From Chloroflexota bacterium (GTDB lineage Bacteria; Chloroflexota; Limnocylindria; Limnocylindrales; CSP1-4): 60,602 bases of DNA. Below the pieces are notes generated by a model. That model had not been told where the DNA came from and made no database searches. It worked only from the letters and a program-made list of their open reading frames with translations. Location of the stretch: the NCBI GenBank assembly GCA_016200665.1, contig JACQEG010000073.1, forward strand, positions 1 through 60,602, written 5' to 3'. Shown piece after piece: positions 55,177-60,602 of this stretch. Position numbers and translations under genes: made by a program. Position 1 is the stretch's first letter. Every line of letters starts with the position of its first letter.

Positions 55177-56921
55177 CGGCGACGCGCATGCCCGCCACGA
55201 GCGCCGGACCGGCGGTCGCGCCGGGCCAGACCGTCGGCCAGCCCGCGGGCACGAAGCGCGGCCCCTGGGACGCTATCGTCATCGGCGGCGGCCACAACGC
55301 CCTCGTCTGCGCCGCCTACCTCGCCCGCGGCGGGCTGCGGACCCTCGTGCTCGAGCGCCGCGACCGCGTCGGGGGTGCGGCGGACACCGCCGAGCTTGGC
55401 CCGGGCATCAAGGTCCCCGCGGCGGCCCACACCGTCGGCCGGCTGCGGCCGTCCGTCCAGCGCGACCTCGACCTCAGGCGCCACGGGCTGTCGCTCGTCG
55501 CGCCGGACGTGCGCGTCTTCGCGCCCCTGCCCGGGGCATTCGTCCCTCGCGGCAGCCGGAAGGCGGCGGCCGGCGCAGGCGGGCCGGACGGCCGGGCCGT
55601 CACCCTGTGGTCCGATCCGCAGCGCACGGCGATCGGGCTGCTGGCCCGCTCGCCGCGAGACGGTGCGGCCTACGAGGCGTTCGATCGGCGGGTGCGCGAG
55701 CTCGGGAAGTTCCTCGAGGTGCTCGGCCGCGAGACGCCGCCGGACATCCGTTCGCCGAAGGTCGGCGACGCGTTCGCCGGGCTCCGGCTCGGGCGGTCGT
55801 TCCGCAACCTCGGCGGCGAGGGCGCACGGACGATCCTGCGCGTCCTGCCGATGGCCGTCGCGGACCTCGTCGGCGAGGCGTTCGAGGACGATGCCCTCCG
55901 AGCGGCCATTGCCTGGCGGGGCGTTCGGTACGGCGCGGTCGGGCCGTGGTCGGCGGGCACCGCGACGGTCCTGCTGGAGGATGGCGCGGGCAACGATGGC
56001 GGGGCCGCGGGCGAGATGGTCTTCGCGCGCGGCGGCCCCGGAGCGCTGGCCGAGGCCCTCGCCGCCGCGGCCCGAGCGGCCGGCGTCGAGATCCGGACCG
56101 AGGCGGAGGTCACGGCGGTCGCGAGTCGCGACGGCCGCGCGACCGGCGTCGTCCTCGCGAGCGGCGAGGAGATCCCGGCGCGGGCGGTCGTCTCCGGGCT
56201 GGATCCCAAGCGGACGCTCCTCGGGCTCGTCGATCCCGTCGCCCTCGGGCCGTCGCTCGGCTGGCGCGCCGGCAACATCCGGACGCCGGGCGTCGTGGCC
56301 AAGGTCAACCTCGCGCTACGGAAGCTCCCGACGTTCCCTGCCGCCGGCGACGACCAGCGGCTGCTCCGCGGCCGGATCCTCGTCGCGCCGGGCATCGATG
56401 CCATGGAGCGCGCCTTCGATCCCGCGAAGTCCGGCCACTGGAGCCCGGCCCCGGTCCTCGAGGCCACGATCCCGTCGCTCGTCGACCCGTCCCTCGTCGA
56501 CGGTGCGCGGCCGGGCACGCACGTCATGAGCGTCATCGCCCAGTACGCGCCGTACCGGCTCGACCCGTCGCTCGGTGACTGGGAGGGCCAGCGCGAGGCT
56601 TTCGGCGACGCCGTCGTCGCGGTGCTCGAATCCGTGGCACCCGGCATCGCCAAGCTCATCAGCCATCGCCAGGTGCTCACGCCGGTCGATCTCGAGCAGC
56701 GCTACGGCCTCACCGGCGGGCACCCGCTCCACGCCGAGGCCGGGCTCGATCAATGGGCGCTGTGGCGCCCGCTCCTCGGCCACGCCCGCTACCGAATCGC
56801 GCTGGAGCGGCTGTACCTCTGCGGCTCGGGCGCCCACCCCGGCGGCGGCGTGACCGGCGGCCCGGGCCAGAACGCGGCCCGCGAGGTGCTGACGGACCTT
56901 CGTGGACGCGCCGCCGGCTGA
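55173..56921 (+). CDS. FAD-dependent oxidoreductase, phytoene dehydrogenase/PYROXD2-like (copy 2)
   Basis: IVIGGGHNAL..AAYLARGG, ARGGPG, GHPLHAE, LCGSGAHPGGG.TG.PG. ATGA overlap with copy 1. Confidence 0.88.
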   Translation: MTATRMPATSAGPAVAPGQTVGQPAGTKRGPWDAIVIGGGHNALVCAAYLARGGLRTLVLERRDRVGGAADTAELGPGIKVPAAAHTVGRLRPSVQRDLDLRRHGLSLVAPDVRVFAPLPGAFVPRGSRKAAAGAGGPDGRAVTLWSDPQRTAIGLLARSPRDGAAYEAFDRRVRELGKFLEVLGRETPPDIRSPKVGDAFAGLRLGRSFRNLGGEGARTILRVLPMAVADLVGEAFEDDALRAAIAWRGVRYGAVGPWSAGTATVLLEDGAGNDGGAAGEMVFARGGPGALAEALAAAARAAGVEIRTEAEVTAVASRDGRATGVVLASGEEIPARAVVSGLDPKRTLLGLVDPVALGPSLGWRAGNIRTPGVVAKVNLALRKLPTFPAAGDDQRLLRGRILVAPGIDAMERAFDPAKSGHWSPAPVLEATIPSLVDPSLVDGARPGTHVMSVIAQYAPYRLDPSLGDWEGQREAFGDAVVAVLESVAPGIAKLISHRQVLTPVDLEQRYGLTGGHPLHAEAGLDQWALWRPLLGHARYRIALERLYLCGSGAHPGGGVTGGPGQNAAREVLTDLRGRAAG

Positions 56922-58242
56922 CGGCCCGGCGAGGGCCGCGGGTCTGCTGGACGACGCTCCGCCAGGCCGGCGCTTCGTCATCGCGGCGATCGTCGCCGGG
57001 ATGCTCGCGACGGCGATCGCGTGCTGGCTGCTCGACATCCTCGCCCGGCTCGGCGCGTGGGGCCCGCTGTCCGATGCCCTGTTCGTGACCCCGTTCTGGC
57101 ACGACGCCGTGGCGTCGTCGCAGGGCCTGCTGCCGTACCGCGACTACTCGCTCGAATACCCGCCCCTGAGCCTGCCGGTCCTGCTCCTGCCGGGCCTGTT
57201 CGCCGGACCGGGCCTGACCGAGGCCGGCTACAGGGCGGGCTTCGAGCTCGTCATGTCGGTCTGCTCCGTGGCCCTCGTGCCGATCGTCGTCCTGACCGTC
57301 GTCCAGCTCCGCGGTCGTCGGTTCGACCTCGTCGTCGCCACCGTGATCGTGGCCCTGTCGCCGCTCCTGCTGGGATCCCTCGCCATCTCGCGCTACGACG
57401 TGTGGCCCGCCCTGCTCACCGCCGTGGCGACGTGGGCGATGGTGTCGGGACGATTCCGCTGGGCCTTCGCGATCCTGGCGCTGGGAGTGCTGGCCAAGGT
57501 CTATCCGGGGTTCCTCATGCCGGTCTTCGTCGCGTACGCGTGGCGCCTGGCGGGCCGGCGCGAGGCGATCATCGACACGGCCATCGGCGCGGCCGTCGGC
57601 CTGGCGGGCATGCTGCCGTTCGTTGCGATCGATGCCGCCGGAGCGCTGGATCCGTTCACCCGGTTCATCGCCCGCCCGCTCCAGGTGGAAAGCCTCGGCG
57701 CGACGGTCCTGATGGCGCTGCATCACTGGCTCGGCACGGACTTCGGCCAGTTCGCCTACACGTACTTCTCGTTCAACCTCGTCGGCTCGCTGCCGTCCGC
57801 CGTCGCGGCGATCCAATCCGGCGTGCTCGTCGCGGTCCTGCTGGCCATCTGGCTGGCCGCCGCGCGGGGCCCGGCCGACCCGGCTCGGCTCGTCGTCGCC
57901 AGCGCGGCGGTGCTCGCGGCCGACGTGGCCCTCGGCAAGGTGCTCTCGCCGCAGTACGTGGTCTGGCTGGTCCCGCCGGTCGCCGTGCTCGCCGGGATCC
58001 GGGGCGTGCGACCCCTGGTGGCCGTCGCGATCGTCCTCGGCCTCACGCAGCTCTACTACCCCGCGATGTACCAGGCCTACCTGCGGTTCGACACCGGCGC
58101 GATCCTCACGATCCTTGAGCGCAACCTCGCGCTCGTGCTCCTGGCGCTCTACCTGGCGGCCGCGAGCGGCACGTTCGGGCCGCTCACGCGCCTGCGGCAG
58201 CGCGTGGCCGCCCCGATCCGCCCGCCCCTCGGTCGCCGATGA
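56902..58242 (+). CDS. GT-C fold glycosyltransferase (GT87/DUF2029-like)
   Basis: PYRDYSLEYPP, SRYDVWP, LAKVYP, KVLSPQYVVW; polytopic membrane protein. Confidence 0.82.
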   Translation: MDAPPADGPARAAGLLDDAPPGRRFVIAAIVAGMLATAIACWLLDILARLGAWGPLSDALFVTPFWHDAVASSQGLLPYRDYSLEYPPLSLPVLLLPGLFAGPGLTEAGYRAGFELVMSVCSVALVPIVVLTVVQLRGRRFDLVVATVIVALSPLLLGSLAISRYDVWPALLTAVATWAMVSGRFRWAFAILALGVLAKVYPGFLMPVFVAYAWRLAGRREAIIDTAIGAAVGLAGMLPFVAIDAAGALDPFTRFIARPLQVESLGATVLMALHHWLGTDFGQFAYTYFSFNLVGSLPSAVAAIQSGVLVAVLLAIWLAAARGPADPARLVVASAAVLAADVALGKVLSPQYVVWLVPPVAVLAGIRGVRPLVAVAIVLGLTQLYYPAMYQAYLRFDTGAILTILERNLALVLLALYLAAASGTFGPLTRLRQRVAAPIRPPLGRR

Positions 58243-58254
58243 GCGCCAGCCGCC

Positions 58255-58364
58255 CATAACGTCGGACGACAGCCCCGCCAGGCCCCTCGGAGAGGCTCTC
58301 CGCCGACGCCATGAGCATTGGACGCCGGATCCGTCGGCAGAAAGCCGCCTCCTCCGACGTTGCG
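58255..58364. other. Nested inverted-repeat element in a convergent intergenic region
   Basis: AACGTCGGA (58258-66) / TCCGACGTT (58353-61) enclose GGAGAG-G-CTCTCC (58289-301) and gccgacg / cgtcggc (58302-08 / 58332-38). Confidence 0.45.
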
Positions 58365-58418
58365 AGCATGAGACGCACATCCTGGCCTCGCCCTCGGAGT
58401 CCAGGGCGGCGCTGTGGC

Positions 58419-59624
58419 CTAGGTCGCGGCCGGTCCCTCCTCGGGCTCGACGTCGCGATCCACGCGCGGATCGGGCTCGCGCGGCCGGCGCACGGCCCGA
58501 CCCTCTCGCTCACCGACGCGGCGAGCGGCGCGCATCGTGACCGAGCCTTCCTCGCTCGGGCGTGCCAGCAGGTGGAGGAAGAGCGCCGAGAGGACCGCGG
58601 CGATCGGGATCCCGAAGATCGCCCCGCCGATCCCGGCGAGCTTCAGGCCGATGAACACCGAGGCGAGGACCACGATCGGGTGGATCCGGAGGGCGTCGCC
58701 CATGATCCGCGGCTGGAGGACGTTCAGGAGGATGAGCCAGCCGACGCCGACGACGATGAACGTCCCCAGCACCACATCCGGCTTGAAGAGGATCGCGACG
58801 AGGACCGGCGGGATCCACGCGACGAACGGCCCGAAGAACGGGATCGCCATGAGGACGCCCGCGGCGGCGGTCGTCACGGCCGCGTAGTCGAGGCCGAAGG
58901 CGATGCTCGCGGCGAGCGTGATGATCGCGAAGATGATCCCGGTGATCGCCTGGCCCCGCAGGAAGCCACCGAACGATCGAGCGACCGCCTCCTCCAGGAG
59001 CTGGGCTTCCGTCTGGGCCCCGCGGGGCACGAGCCGGAACAGGAACGCGAGCAGCCGGTCGCGGTCGGCGACCATGTACAGCGACAGGATGATGACGAGC
59101 AGCAGGTTGCCGATGGCCCCGAGGCTCGCAACCGCCAGCTGCTGGAGCGGGCCCATGAGCTGCGCGGCGTACGCGCTCAGGTTGTCGAGGAACGCGTTCG
59201 CCTGGGCGAGGAGGTTGATCTGGAACAGTCCGAACGCGTCGATTTTGGCCTGCCACGGCTCGAGGATGCCCGGCAGGTTCGTCCGGAGCTCGGGCAGGCT
59301 CGCGATCAGCTGCCCGATGGAGCCGACCAGCGCCGAGGCCACGTACAGCGACAGGATGACGATCGTGCTGAAGAGCAGGAGATAGACGATCAGCACCGCG
59401 CCTGCCCGCGACAGGACCGGCACGGCCTTGCGCAGCCCGGTGACGGCCGGGCTGAGCATGAAGGCCAGGAGCCAGGCCAGGAAGAAGATGAAGATGAGGT
59501 CGGCGAACGTGTCGAAGACCTGGCCGACGTAGCCGAGGACGATGAACGTCAGCGCGACCGCGGCCAGGACGAGGATCGCGTCGAACCAGCGGCGCTCGCG
59601 AGGAGTCAATTCGAACCCCATCAC
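58419..59624 (-). CDS. AI-2E family (PerM/UPF0118) transporter
   Basis: GFLRGQA, IPFFGP, NVLQPRIMG..L.IHPIVVL.SVF.G....G..GAIFGIP.AA. Confidence 0.92.
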   Translation of the reverse strand: MMGFELTPRERRWFDAILVLAAVALTFIVLGYVGQVFDTFADLIFIFFLAWLLAFMLSPAVTGLRKAVPVLSRAGAVLIVYLLLFSTIVILSLYVASALVGSIGQLIASLPELRTNLPGILEPWQAKIDAFGLFQINLLAQANAFLDNLSAYAAQLMGPLQQLAVASLGAIGNLLLVIILSLYMVADRDRLLAFLFRLVPRGAQTEAQLLEEAVARSFGGFLRGQAITGIIFAIITLAASIAFGLDYAAVTTAAAGVLMAIPFFGPFVAWIPPVLVAILFKPDVVLGTFIVVGVGWLILLNVLQPRIMGDALRIHPIVVLASVFIGLKLAGIGGAIFGIPIAAVLSALFLHLLARPSEEGSVTMRAARRVGEREGRAVRRPREPDPRVDRDVEPEEGPAAT

Positions 59625-59637
59625 GCGCCGCCGGGGC

Positions 59638-60602
59638 TCATCGGAGGCCCATCTTCTCGCGGACCTCGGCCATCGTGGCGGCCGCCGCGGGGGCGAGACG
59701 CGCCGCTCCGGCGGCGAGGATCTCGTCGATCCGACCGGGATTGGCCATCAGCTCGAGGTAGCGCTCGCGGGCCGGCGCGTACTGGCCGATGATCCGGTCG
59801 GCCAGCAGCTTCTTCGTGTCGACGCAGCCGGTTCGCGCGGTCCGCTCGCCGTCCCAGATCGTCTCGTAGTCCGGCCCGAAGAAGCGATGGAGCTGGCAGA
59901 CGTTGCAGATCTCGGGCCGGCCGGGCTGGGTCCGCAGGATCCGCTGGGTGTCGGTGACCATCGACATGACCTGCTTCCGGATGACCTCCGGCGCCGCGAG
60001 GATGTCGATCGTGTTGCCGACCGACTTGCTCATCTTCCGCGCGCCATCGGTGCCGAGCACGGTCGGCGCCTCGGTGAAGACCGCCTCGGGCTCGGGGAAC
60101 GTGAAGCCGTAGCGGCGGTTGAACGCCCGCACGATCTCGCGCGACAGCTCCAGGTGCGCCGCCTGGTCGCGCCCGACCGGCACGAAGGTCGACTTGTAGA
60201 TGGCGATGTCGGCCGCCTGCAGGACCGGATACGTGAGCAGCCCGTGATTGATGTCGTCGGGCTGGGTCTCGCGCTTCTCCTTGTAGGTCGGCGTCCGCTC
60301 GAGCCAGCTGACCGGCGTGACCGTCGCGAACAGCCACGCCAGCTCGGTGTGCTCCGGGCGATGGCTCTGGACGAACAGCGTGCAGCGCTCGGGATCGAGC
60401 CCCAGCGCGAGGAGCGAGGCCGCCATGTCCCGGGTCCGCTGGCGCAGGACGTCCGGATCGTGGGTGCTCGTCAGGGCGTGATAGTCGACGATGCAGTAGA
60501 TCGCCTCGTACTCGTCCTGGAGCCGGACGTAGTTGCGGATCGCGCCGAGGTCGTTGCCCAGGTGGGCGACCCCCGACGGCTGGATGCCGCTGAAGGTGCG
60601 GG
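59638..60602 (-). CDS. trpS: Tryptophan-tRNA ligase (5' end outside the window)
   Basis: FSGIQPSG..HLGN, IVDYHA, YPVLQAADI, VPVG.DQ..HLE, KMSKS. Confidence 0.96.
   Translation of the reverse strand, partial: RTFSGIQPSGVAHLGNDLGAIRNYVRLQDEYEAIYCIVDYHALTSTHDPDVLRQRTRDMAASLLALGLDPERCTLFVQSHRPEHTELAWLFATVTPVSWLERTPTYKEKRETQPDDINHGLLTYPVLQAADIAIYKSTFVPVGRDQAAHLELSREIVRAFNRRYGFTFPEPEAVFTEAPTVLGTDGARKMSKSVGNTIDILAAPEVIRKQVMSMVTDTQRILRTQPGRPEICNVCQLHRFFGPDYETIWDGERTARTGCVDTKKLLADRIIGQYAPARERYLELMANPGRIDEILAAGAARLAPAAAATMAEVREKMGLR

Noticed and set aside
53518-56921. Carotenoid biosynthesis (crtI)
   Set aside because: No phytoene synthase, GGPP synthase or cyclase nearby, and the HNGL..AAYLA / HPGGG pattern fits the PYROXD2-like branch better. 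Not fully excluded.
1-60602. Many long alternative-frame ORFs in the track (for example 5490-8051, 9128-11743, 13758-16424, 21482-23599, 53143-55086)
   Set aside because: Arg/Pro/Gly/Ala-rich shadows of real genes, expected from stop-codon scarcity at very high GC; no motifs or start signals.
1-60602. Genome-wide TAG reassignment (alternative genetic code)
   Set aside because: TAG terminates many clearly complete genes here (2948-50, 3697-99, 6837-39, 16931-33, 23286-88, 43492-94, 49340-42).
1-60602. tRNA, rRNA, tmRNA, IS elements
   Set aside because: No cloverleaf or T-loop signatures, rRNA-like segments or transposase motifs seen; intergenic gaps are short and mostly accounted for.

Overview
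About 60.6 kb of very high-GC bacterial chromosome. It most resembles Chloroflexota, probably the Limnocylindria/Ellin6529 group; this is an inference from protein style and a small SWIM-finger protein typical of that phylum. The window is a dense core and metabolic region with about 57 protein-coding genes. I found no rRNA, tRNA, CRISPR array, integrase or transposase. Housekeeping content: dnaJ-prmA-HIT, rpsU-yqeY-7TM/HD-ybeY, pth-mfd, apt, ahcY, metK, kynU, a manC-PMM-cupin operon, a cobalamin riboswitch ahead of a btuFCD-like importer, and the 3' part of trpS. Main anomalies: (1) an MtnA-like protein lacking the catalytic Cys and two phosphate ligands, within an apt-mtnA*-GNAT-ahcY run; (2) two tandem phytoene-dehydrogenase/PYROXD2-like flavoproteins near a stand-alone GcvT-like protein, with no carotenoid or glycine-cleavage partners; (3) four apparent lesions, namely two in-frame TAG codons 832 bp apart in one operon, an in-frame deletion removing an ABC signature motif, and a frameshift separating a lipoprotein signal from a metallo-beta-lactamase domain; (4) about 11 genes with a -10-like hexamer 6-8 nt before the start codon, suggesting leaderless mRNAs; (5) a Crp / HTH_17 / Crp triad; (6) a secreted metzincin-like protein with DExxH instead of HExxH; (7) small ORFs missed by the ORF track. 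All family assignments are by eye from motifs; no database search was run.
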